The notes beneath the pieces were generated by a model. It was not told the origin of the DNA and ran no database searches. It saw nothing but the letters and a program-made list of their open reading frames with translations. A stretch of DNA of 64,000 nt, from contig NW_027590479.1 of the NCBI RefSeq assembly GCF_964213995.1, forward strand, positions 186,001-250,000, written 5' to 3'. Both the position numbers and the translations under genes were made by a program. Source of the DNA: Mustelus asterias (Eukaryota). Shown piece by piece: positions 38,551 through 51,161 of the stretch. Positions within the stretch are counted from its first letter, which is position 1. Each line of letters starts with the position of its first letter.

Positions 38551-39229
38551 CAAAGTCTGAGGATATTCAGGTCCTAATGAAGCGAGACTCTGTCTGATTT
38601 TGATGTGATGTTTCCTCACCTCACCTGTAAAAGAAATTTACAAAAGTCATCACTGTCAATCCAGATAGAAATTCTGAACGGACAATTCTAGTTTCTCTGG
38701 AACATTTCTTCCTCTCTCGTTCCCCCAAATCTGTAAATCCCTGTCCCACACACTCTCCCTCCTCCCTGGGCTGAAATCCAAACCCATCTGCACCATTTCT
38801 ATCCTCCACTCCCAGTTTTCTCCCTCCCTCTCCTCTGTCTGGGTTCAGTTCTCCAGCTCCTGTCTGCAGACTGACAATAAAACCAATGGGTCTTATTGGG
38901 GGTGTTGGGTCTCCAGCGGGTGTTTGTGAATCCTCCCCGCCCACCTCCCAGGGTTTCCTTCCTTCCCAGAGATCAGAGTCCTCATTGATTTGAGGCCAAA
39001 GTGTAACCTCTTATTTATTGTCCCCCTCCCCCATCCTCTGATGTGAACCATCCTCCAGTGGCTGAGCCAGGATGGGGCCGTTAACCTGGGCCTGTTCCCG
39101 GGAGGGAGAAGCCCCGCAGCTGCAAACCAGGGAGCTGACAATGATTCTGAAGGGTTTGCGGATCCACAAAGTGTTTCCAAATCCTCCCAGCCACCGCCTA
39201 ACGCTGACTCCGCTTCTCCGGGACAAACA

Positions 39230-39680
39230 AGCGCCAAGGACAGCAATGACACTGCGCATGCTCCACATCCCAATGCCCGGGGGCTGATTGACGGCAGCTC
39301 CGGACCAATAGGAAGAGAGGGCGGGGCTGGAGGACCGAGCGGGAGCGGTTGGTCCTCCAAACAATCGGAGTGAAAGTGGGGCGGGGCCGGGCTGTGACTG
39401 AAGCATGCGCACTGAGGGTAATGGCGATGGAGAGCGGATTAACTTTCAGCTGCAGAATTGGTAAGACGGATGATGGCGGAATGGAGGGAGCGAGAGATCG
39501 GGCCGGAGGTGGAGAGGCTTCTTAAACAAATTGTGTCACCGCCAAACCCCAAAACAAACCCAATCTGTTTCCATTCACATCGAGAGCGAGAACAGCTCCT
39601 CGTGATCGGCTTGTGTTAACGGCCGTCCACTTTATTGGGGGCAATGTGCAGTCACAGGGAGGCACGGCCGCCATGTTTGT
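39230..39680. promoter_or_regulatory. CpG-island bidirectional promoter module, copy 2
   Basis: CCAAT, GC-box, NRF1-like and GCCGCCATG motifs between divergent ZNF genes. Confidence 0.78.
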
Positions 39681-40384
39681 AGGGGACAATGTTGTCAATG
39701 AGTGGGAGGAGCTTGTTCCCCATTGTTCAGAATGGAGACAACTTGTCCATCAAACTGCATCAACCCTCTGAGTCCCAATGTCTTATTGATGAGGCAGAGC
39801 GGTGGCAGAGAAGGAAAGAAAGGGAAATAAATCCTGTTTTCCAGATCCCACTACCGCATGGGACTGCTTGTGCCATGTGTCCAAAGATATGCGACTCAGT
39901 TGGCAGAAACTCACAACCCTGAGTCAACGTCATCCTCGAATTGTGGGGCTGCTGACAATGACAACTGCCACCGTGCTGGAGGGAGCATGAGTTCATAAGA
40001 TATAGGAGCAGAATTAGGCCATTCGGCCCATCGAGTCCGCTCCGCCATTCAATCATGGCTGATATGCTCCTCATCCCCATTTTCCGACGAGCAACCATCC
40101 TGAACCCAGTAACAGGAGGAGAAAACGTGACGATTTTCTATCCTAGACTGACAGTGATGGATTCGGCAAACTAAAACAAGAGAAATGTTTGTCTCTTCAT
40201 TTCTATCCTTGACTAATACTGTTGACTTTTGCAAAACTTTCACAGGAGCTTCGAAGAAGATTTGCAGAAGATTTGAAACAAGTATCACATAAAAATCATA
40301 CATTGTCGCTTGATATTATCATCTTTGAGTGTGAACATTGAGCTCTATGTCATAACCACTCACTGTGTAAACTTTCTTCCCAGA

Positions 40385-40700
40385 ATCATAGAATCCTACA
40401 GTGCAGAAGGAGGCCATTCAGCCCATTGAGCCTGCACCGACCACAATCTCACCCCAGACCCTATCCCCATACCCCCACATATTTACCCTGCTAATCCCCT
40501 GTCACTAGGGTCAATTTAGCATGGCCAATCCAGCTAACCCGCACATCTTCGGACTGTGGGAGGAAATCGGAGAACCCACAGGAAACCCACGCAGACACGG
40601 GGAGAATGTGCAAACTCCACACATACAGTGACGTGAGGCTGGAATTGAACCTGCGTCCCTGGCCCTGTGAGGCAGCAGTGCTCACCACTGTGCCATCGTA
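40385..40700 (-). mobile_element. HE1-type V-SINE
   Basis: Complete core and tail. Confidence 0.88.
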
Positions 40701-40847
40701 CCAGCCCTGCCATTCCCTTGTAGATATTGCTCAAAATTTAAAATTAGAAGGGGAGGATTGTGGTCAAGAAACTTAAACCAAAGATCACATTAGGATCTGA
40801 TGTCCTCTCCCACTTCATCTCAACCTGAATAGCATAGAATTTTGAAT

Positions 40848-42083
40848 ATGGAAAGAAAAAGCACTGTTCACAGTGGGGAGAAACTGTACACATGTTCTGT
40901 GTGTGGACAAGGCTTCAGCCAATCATCCGGCCTGTTAAAACATAAATGCAGTCACGACAGGGAGAAACCGTGGAAATGTGGAGACTGTGAGAAGGGATTC
41001 AATCACCCATCTGACCTGGAAACTCATCGACGCAGTCACACCGGAGAGAGACCATTCACATGCTCTGTGTGTAGGAAAGGATTCACCCAGTCATCCCACC
41101 TGCTGAGACACCAGCGAGTTCACACTGACGAGAGACCTTTTAAATGCTCAAACTGTGGGAAGTGCTGTAAAGGTTTTGGCGATCTGATGTCCCATCAACG
41201 TGTTCACACTGACGGGAGACCTTTTAAATGCTCAGATTGTGTAAAGTGCTATAAAAGTTCTGGGGAACTAATGCGTCACCAACGTGTCCATACTGAGGAG
41301 AAACCTTTTAAGTGCCTGGACTGTGGGAAGTGCTATAAAGGTTCTGGGGAACTGATGTCCCATCAACGTGTTCACACTGATGAGAGACCTTTTAAATGTC
41401 CAGACTGTGGGAAATGCTATAAAAGTTCTGGGGAACTGATGCACCATCAACGTGTTCACACTGATGAGAGACCATTCAGGTGCTCTCACTGTGGGACTGG
41501 GTTCAGGAAATCATCAGGCCTCACTGAACACCAGCGGATTCACACTGGGGAGAGACCGTTCATTTGCATTAAATGTGGTAAGGGATTCACGCAGTCATCA
41601 ACCTTGCTAAGACACCAGCTAGTTCACACTGAAGAGAGACCTTTTAAATGTACAGACTGTGGGAAATGCTATAAAAGTTCTGGGGAACTGATGCTCCATC
41701 AACGTGTTCACACTGATGAGAGACCGTTCAGGTGCTCTTACTGCGGGACTGGGTTCAAGCAATCATCTCAACTCTCTAAACACCAGAGGATTCACACTGG
41801 GGAGAGGCCATTCATCTGCACTGAATGTGGGAAGGGGTTCACTCAGTCATCCAGTCTGCTGACACACCAGCGAGTTCACAGTGAGGAAAAAAATAAATGC
41901 ACAGACTACAGGAAGTGCCATAAAATTTCTGGGAACATCCCACCTCATTTCAAACCAGCGAGTTCACACTGGGGAGAGACCCTCCACTTGCATCATGTGT
42001 GGGAAGGAATTCACTCAGTCATCCAACCTACTGAGACACTACCAAGTTCACAAGTGACTCCAGGAGTTGGATTTTGCTGTTAG
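40848..42083 (+). CDS. C2H2 ZNF (type A), 12 finger units, last finger frameshifted
   Basis: ATG at 40848; five KC(Y/C)K.(S/F)G(E/D)LM-type fingers. Confidence 0.87.
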   Translation: MERKSTVHSGEKLYTCSVCGQGFSQSSGLLKHKCSHDREKPWKCGDCEKGFNHPSDLETHRRSHTGERPFTCSVCRKGFTQSSHLLRHQRVHTDERPFKCSNCGKCCKGFGDLMSHQRVHTDGRPFKCSDCVKCYKSSGELMRHQRVHTEEKPFKCLDCGKCYKGSGELMSHQRVHTDERPFKCPDCGKCYKSSGELMHHQRVHTDERPFRCSHCGTGFRKSSGLTEHQRIHTGERPFICIKCGKGFTQSSTLLRHQLVHTEERPFKCTDCGKCYKSSGELMLHQRVHTDERPFRCSYCGTGFKQSSQLSKHQRIHTGERPFICTECGKGFTQSSSLLTHQRVHSEEKNKCTDYRKCHKISGNIPPHFKPASSHWGETLHLHHVWEGIHSVIQPTETLPSSQVTPGVGFCC

Positions 42084-43109
42084 TCACATCCAGACACCAT
42101 GTTCCTTGGGATCTGTTTTCTGCTGGTGGTAATATGCTACAGGCCAGTTAGAGGTGTTAATATGCTGGATAGAGATAAAATAAATCAGCTTTGTGTCAAA
42201 CTCTGTGTGTTGAATCTTTTTAATATCGCAAACACAAGTTAGTTCCTTTGAAGGACCATCTCCGCTGTCTCCTCCATCCTCACCTCCAACAAGTGTGAGG
42301 AGCTCATGGAGCTTATTTGTCAGTAAGATTGAGACAATCCGATAAGGTTATGTGGATTAGTCATGCGAAATTGCTCCCAAAGATTTGCAGGTTGGTGGAT
42401 TGACAATTGGAAACTGCACGGAGTTATGGGGATTGGGTACAAGTGAGTGCCTGGGTGGGATGCTCTTTTGAAGAGTTGGTACATATTTGACGGGCTGAAT
42501 GGCACCCTATGAATTCTATGTTTCTATGGTTCGAGATTCCCTCCTTTCCACTAGCCATTGAGCCACAAGTCCTGTAAACTTCCTCCTCGTCTGAGCCCTG
42601 AACTCACATCTTTCTCCAGTTTCTCTCCCCAAGTACCTTGAGGGCTCATCTTCGCAGTCAGGCCCTCTCCAACCCATTGATCAAACCTCCTCTTCGGCAT
42701 CTTTGTTACAAGGAGAACAACAGCAGCTTCTCCAGTCTATCTATAGACCTGTGATCCATCAACCCTAAATCATTCCACTAAATTTCATCAATTCCCTCTC
42801 CATGTCTTCCCTAAGCCTTCATGTCCTCCCTAAGGTTTGGCACCACCAGTTACATCCACAAAGGTTTGTCACCCTGACATAATACAATGAAATGGATTAA
42901 ATGTGTGTGAAACAATACACAAACAATTACTATTCAGGTTATATAACAACAGGTTTTCAAAGGCATGGCTCATACTGAGCCAGGTGTTTTACATGTTACG
43001 TTGGGTTGTTTCACAATGTACCAAAGTATTAATCGAAGGTAGTGGTTTCTGTTGGCAAAATATATTGCTTTTTAATTATAGCAACGTTCAGAGCACTAAA
43101 TTTGACTCA

Positions 43110-44080
43110 TAGAATCACTACAGAAGGAGGCCATTTGGTTCATCCGGCCTACACCGACACCCGATCCCCATAACCTCATGTATTTACCTCCTGACACTAA
43201 TGAGGCAAGTTCCCATGGCCAATCCACCTAACTTGCAAATCTTTAGACTGTTGGAGGAAACCAGAGCACCTGGAGGAAACCCACACAGACATGGGGAGAA
43301 CATTCATACTCTGTACGGACAGTAGTCCGAAGCTGGAACTGAACCCGGGTTACTGGTGCTGTGAGGCAGCAGTGCCAACCACTGTGCCACCCATAACCAG
43401 GGACATGGCAGAGATGACCAGTGTGTGAATTGCTGGTCTTGTCCCTGTGGCTCCAATCTGTGTTCACAAAGGGACATACAATTACCCAGCATTTCCTGCG
43501 GGAACGTGCAGGCGCACTGTCCGGCTGTTCTGGGAGCATATGCATTGTGGATGGAAGCGTGAGGAGGTCTTGTCCTTTCACAACAGGTGAAATAAAACAC
43601 CGAGTGTGGATGGGGAACTGAGCCTGTACGTGGGCAGGTTTCATTAACACCAGATTCAAGTCGCAAAGTTCAAGTAAAAATCTAACGGTCCCGCATTTGG
43701 AGACCGATAGATTTGGTTGTTCTCTCGGTATCGGGCCGGGCTTGCCGGCCACCATCTTTATTGGGGGCAATCACAGAACCCGACAGTGCAGAAGAAGGCC
43801 GTTCGGCTCATGGAGTCTGCACCGACCACAATCCCACCCGCCCTATCCCCATAACACCTTACATTTACCCTCGCTAGTCCCCCTGACACTAAGGGTCAAT
43901 TCATCATGGCCAATCCATCTAACCTGCACATCTTTGGACTGTGGGAGAAAACCGGAGCGCCCCGGAGGAAACCCACGCAGACACGGGGAGAAAGTGCAAA
44001 TTCAACACAGTGACCCAAGCCGGGAATCAAACCCATGTCCCTGACACTGTGAGGCAGCAGTGCTAGCCACTGTGCCAACA
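43110..44080 (-). mobile_element. Two V-SINE copies (43110-43392 and 43770-44080)
   Basis: V-SINE core on the minus strand. Confidence 0.85.
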
Positions 44081-44577
44081 TGTCGCCTGTTCCTGCTGGG
44101 GCTCGTGCAAATGTCATGGCAATATGGTGGTCGGTCCCATCTCTCTACGGGCCCCAGATGTCCCACCAAAGAACAGCGGCCAAGAGACCATGGGGAGCAG
44201 CAGCCGAGATGGTTACCGCGGGCCCTGCTGGACTGGAGGGGCAGCAGCACAGTCTCTGCCCAAAGGCTTCTGCAGTTCAGCTGCTCAGAGATTCTGGGAA
44301 CCTCTTCAAATATAAACTTCAGCTTCTCACATTCACCCCCATCCATCCCTCCCTACAACCAGAACCATTCTCTCTGCACAGCAGTTTCTCCCTCATGGCC
44401 CCAGTGTGTATTCCAGCCTTTATCACATCCACTCTGCTCCCAGATACTTTACACCATTAGATATTACAATTCAAACTTTATAATCTTTACAATTTAATAC
44501 TTGTTCAGGCAGTTTACAGACAGCAGACAAATCATCAATTCCACTCCCACCGGGAGCTATGGGGATATATTTATACG

Positions 44578-46135
44578 GTAAGAAGTTTAACAACACCAGG
44601 TTAAAGTCCAACAGGTTTATTTGGTAGCAAAAGCCACACAAGCTTTCGGAGCCCCAAGCCCCTTCTTCAGGTGAGTGGGAATTCTGTTCACAAACAGAGC
44701 TTATAAAGACACAGACTCAGTTTACATGAACAATGGTTGGAATGCAAATACTTACAACTAATCAAGTCTTTAAGATACAAACATGTGAGTGGAGAGAGCA
44801 TCAAGACAGGCTAAAGAGATGTGTATTGTCTCCAGACAGGACAGCCAGTGAGACTCTGCAGGTCCAGGCAGGTTGTGGGGATTACAAATAGCGTGACATG
44901 AACCCAATATCCCGGTTGAGGCCGTCCTCATGTGTTTGTCTGCGAGTTCGCCTCTTGCTGTTCTGAGGTTGGTTTCAATTCTCTGAATAGGTTTGTCTGT
45001 ATTAGCATAAAAATAATAGGAACAAGAAAAATACAGCAGCACAATCCTCCAACGTTTCTATGTTTGAATAAGATCCTTCAGTCGCCTGAGGATTCAGTGA
45101 TTATGTGGAGATGCCGGCGTTGGACTGGGGTAAACACAGTAAGAAGTCTCACAACACCAGGTTAAAGTCCAACAGGTTTATTTGGTAGCACAAAAAAGCT
45201 ACCGAAAGCTTGTGGCTTGTGCTACCAAATAAACCTATTGGACTTTAACCTGGTGTTGTGAGACTTCTTATTGGATTCTGTGATTTCCCAGGCAGATGCC
45301 ATTTAGACGCCACTAGACGGAGCTCTCTCGCTGTGATTGTGTGTTCACGATGTGGAGATGCTGGCGTTGGACTGGGGTAAACACAGTAAGAAGTCTCACA
45401 ACACCAGGTTAAGGTCCAACAGGTTTATCTGGGAGCAAAAGCCACTAGCTTTCGGAGCACTTCGTCAGGTGAGTGGGAGTTCTATTCATAAACAGGGCAT
45501 ATAAAGACACAAACTCAATTTACAAATTAATGGTTGGAATGCGAGTCTTTACAGGTAATCAAGTCTTAAAGGTACAGACAATGTGAGTGGAGAGAGGGTT
45601 AAGCACTGGTTAAAGAGATGTGTATTGTCTCCAGCCAGGATAGTTCGTGAGATTTTGCAAGCCCAGGCAAGTCGTGGGGATTACAGATAGTGTGACATGA
45701 ACCCAAGATCCCAGTTGAGGCCGTCCTCATGTGTGCGGAACTTGGCTATCAGTCTCTGCTCAGCGACTCTGCGTTGTCGTGTGTCGTGAAGGCCGCCTTG
45801 AAGAACGCTTACATGGGTTCATGTCACACTACCTGAAACCCCCACGACTTGCCTGGGCTTGCAAAATCTCACTAACTGTCCTGTCTGGAGACAATACACA
45901 CCTCTTTAACCTGTGCTTAACGCTCTCTCCACTCACATTGTCTGTACCTTTAAGACTTGATTACCTGTAAAGACTCACATTCCAACCATTATTTTGTAAA
46001 TTGAGTTTGTGTCTTTATATGCCGTTTGTGATCAGAACTCCCACTCACCTGACGAAGGGGCAGCACTCCGAAAGCTAGTGGCTTTTGCTACCAAATAAAC
46101 CTGTTCGACTTTAACCTGGTGTTGTGAGACTTCTC
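44578..46135. mobile_element. Cluster of Penelope-like 3' ends, including an inverted pair at 45349-46135
   Basis: The minus strand of 45685-45810 encodes a GIY-YIG C-terminus (VLQGGLHDTRQRRVAEQRLIAKFRTHEDGLN.DLGFMSHYL*). Hammerheads at 44637-44673 (-) and 46046-46080 (+). Confidence 0.88.
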
Positions 46136-46384
46136 ATTGTTCACTGCAGCGGGAGATGTGTGGAATGAAGGAACCTTGTGTTACTGTCAATCTTTTCATG
46201 TTTAAAAGTTATTTTTGTTAAAAGCTAATTGTCCGTCCAGTGACTCTGTTCATCCACATTTCTAAAGCAAAACGGCAAAAGTTACGATCAATTGAGCCAA
46301 GGTTTCATTTTGGGACTGTCGTGTCCAGTAGGAACATTAGCTGGGATTGTAACACTCTCCATTTCCTCTGAGCAGCTCTTCTTG

Positions 46385-46832
46385 ATGTGGAGATGCCGGC
46401 GTTGGACTGGGGTAAACACAGTAAGAAGTTTAACAACACCAGGTTAAAGTCCAACAGGTTTATTTGGTAGCAAAAGGCACACATGCTTTCGGAGCTCCAA
46501 GCCCCTTCTTCAGGTGAGTGGGAATTCTGTTCACAAACAGAGCTTATAAAGACACAGACTCAATTTACATGAATAATGGTTGGAATGCGAATACTTACAA
46601 CTAATCAAGTCTTTAAATCAAAACGTTGTTTTGTTTCTTAAAGACTTGATTAGTTGTAAGTATTCGCATTCCAACCATTATTCATGTAAATTGAGTTTGT
46701 GTCTTTATAAGCTCTGTTTGTGAACAGAATTCCCACTCACCTGAAGAAGGGGCTTGCAGCTCCGAAAGCTTGTGTGGCTTTTGCTACCAAATAAACCTGT
46801 TGGACTTTAACCTGGTGTTGTTAAACTTCTTA
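46385..46832. mobile_element. Palindromic Penelope-like insertion with a hammerhead on each arm
   Basis: About 200-bp near-perfect inverted arms; 12-bp duplication CAGCTCTTCTTG at 46373-46384 and 46833-46844; absent from the 12.4 kb paralog. Confidence 0.9.
46738..46774 (+). ncRNA. Minimal type I hammerhead ribozyme
   Basis: CAC-CTGAAGA-A-GGGGC(TTGCA)GCTCC-GAA-AGCT-T^GTG. Confidence 0.8.
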
Positions 46833-47205
46833 CAGCTCTTCTTGTCCAGGAGACCCACCTTCTGTTCTGTTCCCCCAATAAACTGCTTTTAGATCTGAGT
46901 GAGTTTGTATAAAATAGATAAAGTTGGAAATTCAAGATACGTAACAAGTGAATAAAGGCACAAGATTCCACAGATTCTGAATAAAAATAAACTTTCCTAT
47001 ACAAGGTCAGAAGGGTAAAACAAATTACCATATGTGGAAGGTAAAACATTCAAGGACTTTAGAGAGGAAAGGGAGATGGGATGGTAGTTTAAAAGGGTAT
47101 GTGTCACGGATTAGTTTGAGAAGTGGATGGTGACATTGGATTTGAAGGAGAAAGGGAGATATTAACAATATCAGCTGATATGAAGAAGTTATGTCAGTAG
47201 TTCAA

Positions 47206-47483
47206 TGATGTGGAGATGCCAGCATTGGACTGGGTTGGGCACAGTAAAAAGTCACAACGCCAGGTTAAAGTCCAACAGGTTTATTTGGAATCACAAGCTT
47301 TCGGAGCGCTACTCCATCAGGTCACTCGCATTCCAACCATTATCTTGCAATTGTGTCTCTGTCAATATATGCCATGTTTGTGAACCTACCTCTCCATTCA
47401 CCTGATGAAGGAGCAGTGCTCCAAAAGCTCAGGATTCCAAATAAACCTGTTGGACTTTAACATGGCGTTGTGAGCCTTCTTAC
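47206..47483. mobile_element. Inverted Penelope-like termini
   Basis: Same terminal sequence on both strands with degenerate hammerheads. Confidence 0.8.
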
Positions 47484-47965
47484 AATAGATCAGTGGAATA
47501 GGATTGAGGGATCAGGTAGTGGGTCTCATGGACAAGATGAGCTCTAAAAGGACACGGGGGGAGGCGGGAGTGAAACTGCAGAAAGATGAGTTCAGAGTTC
47601 AAAGGGGAGCGTTCGAGGAGGTTTGGTCCAGTGGGTTAGGGGAAGGGAGGGAAGCAGCAGAGGCAGCTGATTGGATTGCCTCAAACTTAGCAACAAAGAA
47701 GATCATGAGTTTCTCCACCATGAGCACTTGTGGGGAGGTGAAGATGGAGGAGGGAAAAAGAGAGAACACTTCAAAAGAAATTCAGTTGTGTTGATGATAT
47801 TGAAAAGATCTAACACAGTATTAAACACAAAGCTAATTTATTTGATTTTTATTCAGAATGTTAAACCGTATAACTGGCTGGAGTTCATTAACATCAACAA
47901 AAAACAAACACAATGAACACCTTACAATCATGGATAGGATTAACAGCAGATTCCAATCACTGTGG

Positions 47966-48583
47966 TTACTTGTGAATTCTTTGGTGTCTAAGCAGGTTGG
48001 GTGAATGAATGAATCCCTTCCCACATTCAGAGCAGATGAATGGCCTTTCCCCAGTGTGGGTGCGCTGGTGTAGAATTAGGTCTTCTGATCGCCTGAACCC
48101 AATCCCACAGTGAGAGCATCTGAACGGTCTCTCATCAGTGTGAACACGTTGATGGGACATCAGTTCATTAGAACTTTTAAAGCATTTCCCACAATCTGAG
48201 CATTTAAAAGGTCTCTCGTCAGTGTGAACACATTGGTGTGACACCAGGCTGGATGACTGAGTGAATTCCTTCCCGCACTCAGAGCAGATGAATGGCCTCT
48301 CCCCAGTGTGAACCCGCTGATGAGTAAGTAGGTGGGATGACTGAGTGAATCCCTTCCCACACTCAGAGCAGGTGAACGGTCTCTCCCCAGTGTGACTGCG
48401 CCGATGCATTTCCAGCTGGGATGGGGAATTGAATTTCTTCCCACATTCCACACATTTCTGCAGTTTTTTCATGGAATGACCACACTTATGTTTTGCCAGA
48501 CCAGATGATCGGCTGAAGCCTTGTCCACACCCAGAACCCATGTACACTTTCTCTCCACTGTGAATAGTGCTTTTTCCTTCCAT
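47966..48583 (-). CDS. C2H2 ZNF (type A), 6 canonical plus 1 degenerate finger; paralog of 13287-14492
   Basis: Open ORF from ATG at 48583, lying in the duplicated segment. Confidence 0.85.
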   Translation of the reverse strand: MEGKSTIHSGEKVYMGSGCGQGFSRSSGLAKHKCGHSMKKLQKCVECGKKFNSPSQLEMHRRSHTGERPFTCSECGKGFTQSSHLLTHQRVHTGERPFICSECGKEFTQSSSLVSHQCVHTDERPFKCSDCGKCFKSSNELMSHQRVHTDERPFRCSHCGIGFRRSEDLILHQRTHTGERPFICSECGKGFIHSPNLLRHQRIHK

Positions 48584-49102
48584 GTTCAAAGTCCACTGAT
48601 ACTCAGTTATGACAAATTGGGCAACTTTGGCAGATCCTGGTATGATATTTACTGTCAGTCCTGGACTGCAAATCGTCTCCTTCTCGTCCCTGTGAAACTG
48701 ATTTAAAACAGAAAAAAGGGGATTGAAAGAGAACCCAGAGACAGGTTATAAATAGAGTTCAAACTGAAGCAACAATAAAACAAAAGCTCACACAGGAGGC
48801 CAGGGACTGATTTCTGCGTCCAACACGTAGCCTGATTCAAACCGGCTCTGAACTGTGTTTCTAAACTCAAACTTATAAAGCAATAAAACAGAAACAAAAC
48901 TCTGTAGACACTGCATCTGGGACAAAGAGAATAATACTGGAGATATTCAGCCTCTGTGGAGTGACAAACAGAATTAAGGGCTCAGGTTGCTGACTTGCCC
49001 TCAGTCTACAATGAAATATTCAGAGTCAGGCACAGACTAATGGCGGTCACAATTCCCACAATGCTCTGTGCCCCAGAAACCCATCTATTCAAAAGTTGTT
49101 CA

Positions 49103-49742
49103 CCTTACTTGAGAAAGGATATCCTTACTTGAGAAAGGATATACTGACACTGGAGGGGGTGCAGAGGAGATTCACTAGGTTGATTCCGGAGTTGAGAAGG
49201 TTGGCTTATGAGGAGAGACTGAGTAGACTGGGGCTATACTCATTGGATTTCAGAAGAATGAGGGGAGAATTCACAAGTAACCACAGTGATTGGAATCTGC
49301 TGTTAATCCTATCCATGATTGTAAAGTGTTCATTGTGTTTGTTTTTTGCTGATGTTAATGAACTCCAGCCAGTTATACGGTTTAACATTCTGAATAAAAA
49401 TCAAATAAATTAGCTTTGTCCAATAAAGAAAGAAGCAGGGAGGTTGTTTCCACTGGTGGGTGAAACTAGAACTTGGGGGCATAGCCTCAAAATAAGGGGA
49501 AGCAGATTTAGGACTGAGTTGACAAAGGGTTGTGAATCTGTGGAATTCCCTGCCCTGTGAAGCAGTTGAGGCTACCTCACTGAATGTTTTTAAGGCAAGG
49601 ATAGATAGATTTTTGAACAGTAAAGGAATTAAGGGTTATGGTGAGCGGGCGGGTAAATGGAGCTGAGTCCACAAAAAGATCAGCCATGATCAATCATGGC
49701 TTGAGGGGCCAGATGGCCTATTCCTGCTCCTAATTCTTATGT
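49103..49742 (+). mobile_element. CR1 3' fragment carrying a captured ZNF 3'-UTR copy
   Basis: PYLRKDILTLEGVQRRFTRLIP, CR1 tail TTCTTATGTT; absent from the 14.9 kb paralog. Confidence 0.88.
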
Positions 49743-50669
49743 TATTCACTAATCATAGAATCCTTACAGTGCAGGAGGAGGCTATTTGACCCAGTGTGTA
49801 CTGACCCTGTGACAGAGCCTCTTTCTCAGGCGTACTCCTATCCCTGTAACCCCATTCTGCTAATCCCCCTGCTGACCTTTTTCTTCACCCTGCCTGTAAC
49901 TGCAACAATATATACAGAAAAAAACATAACTTGATAAAGTACACGGGGGAAAGGAAAAGAGACCCGACTCATTTCCTTTCCCCATGTACATTATCAATTT
50001 ATGTTGTTTTCTCTATAACACGCAAGAAGTAACAATTTTCACTGTATCCCAGAACATGCGACAATAAATCAAATTAGACCAGACATATCTTGGGAAACCA
50101 AGGGACAAATTTAGCACGGTCAATCCACCTAACCTGCACATCTTTGGGCAGTGAGAGGAAACCGGAGCACCTGGAGGAAATGCACACAGACAGAGGGAGA
50201 ATGTGCAAACTCCACACATGAGGTGGAGATGCCAGCACTGAACTGGGGTAAGCACAGTAAGAAGCCTCAAAATACAAGGTTAAAGACCAACAGGTTTATT
50301 TGGAACCACGAGCTTTCGGAGCACTGATGAAGGAGTAGCTTTGAAAAAGGTTCATCTGGACTCAAAATGTCAGCTCTTTTCTCTCCTTACAGGTGCTGCC
50401 AGACCTGCTGAGATTTTCCAGTATTTTCTCTTTTGGTTTCAGATTCCAGCATCCGCAGTAATTTGCATTGATTTCAAATAAACTTATTTGACTTTAACCT
50501 GATATTGTGAGAGTTCATACTGTGCAAACTCCACACAGTCACACACCCACGGCTGGAATCGAACCCTGGCGCAGTGAGGCAGCAGTGCGAACCACTGTGC
50601 CACAGTGAAGGGAGTTTGCTGCAATTTTTGGGTGATAACAATGGGCTGGATTAACCAGGGAGCAAAACT

Positions 50670-51161
50670 TACCAAGCGTTCTCCAACGCTTGGTAATCGT
50701 TCTCCAAGGCGGCCTTCACGACACAACAACGCAGAGTCGCTGAGCAGAGACTGATTGCCAAGTTCCGCACACATGAGGACGGCTTCAACCGGGATCTTGG
50801 GTTCATGTCACACTATCTGTAACCCCCACGACTTGTCTGGACTTGCAAAATCCCACTAACTGTCCTGTCTGGAGACAATACACACCTCTTTAACCTGTGC
50901 TTAACCCTCTCTCCACTCACATTGTCTGTACCTTTAAGACTTGATTACCTGTAAAGACTCGCATTCCAATCATTATTTTGTAAATTGAGTTTGTGTCTTT
51001 ATATGCCCTGTTTGTGAACAGAACTCCCACTTACCTGATGAAGGGGCAGCGCTCCGATAGCTGGTGGCTTGTGCTACCAAATTAACCTGTTGGACTTTAA
51101 CCTGGTGTTGTGAGACTTCTTACTGTGTTTACCCCCAGTCCAACGCCGGCATCTCCACATC
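50670..51161 (+). mobile_element. Penelope-like element 3' end
   Basis: GIY-YIG C-terminus, hammerhead at about 51032-51065 (GAAA changed to GATA), terminus GCATCTCCACATC. Confidence 0.85.

Noticed and set aside
46140-46355. Possible LTR fragment ending TGTAACA (also about 12340-12433)
   Set aside because: No paired LTR, primer-binding site or internal domains visible.
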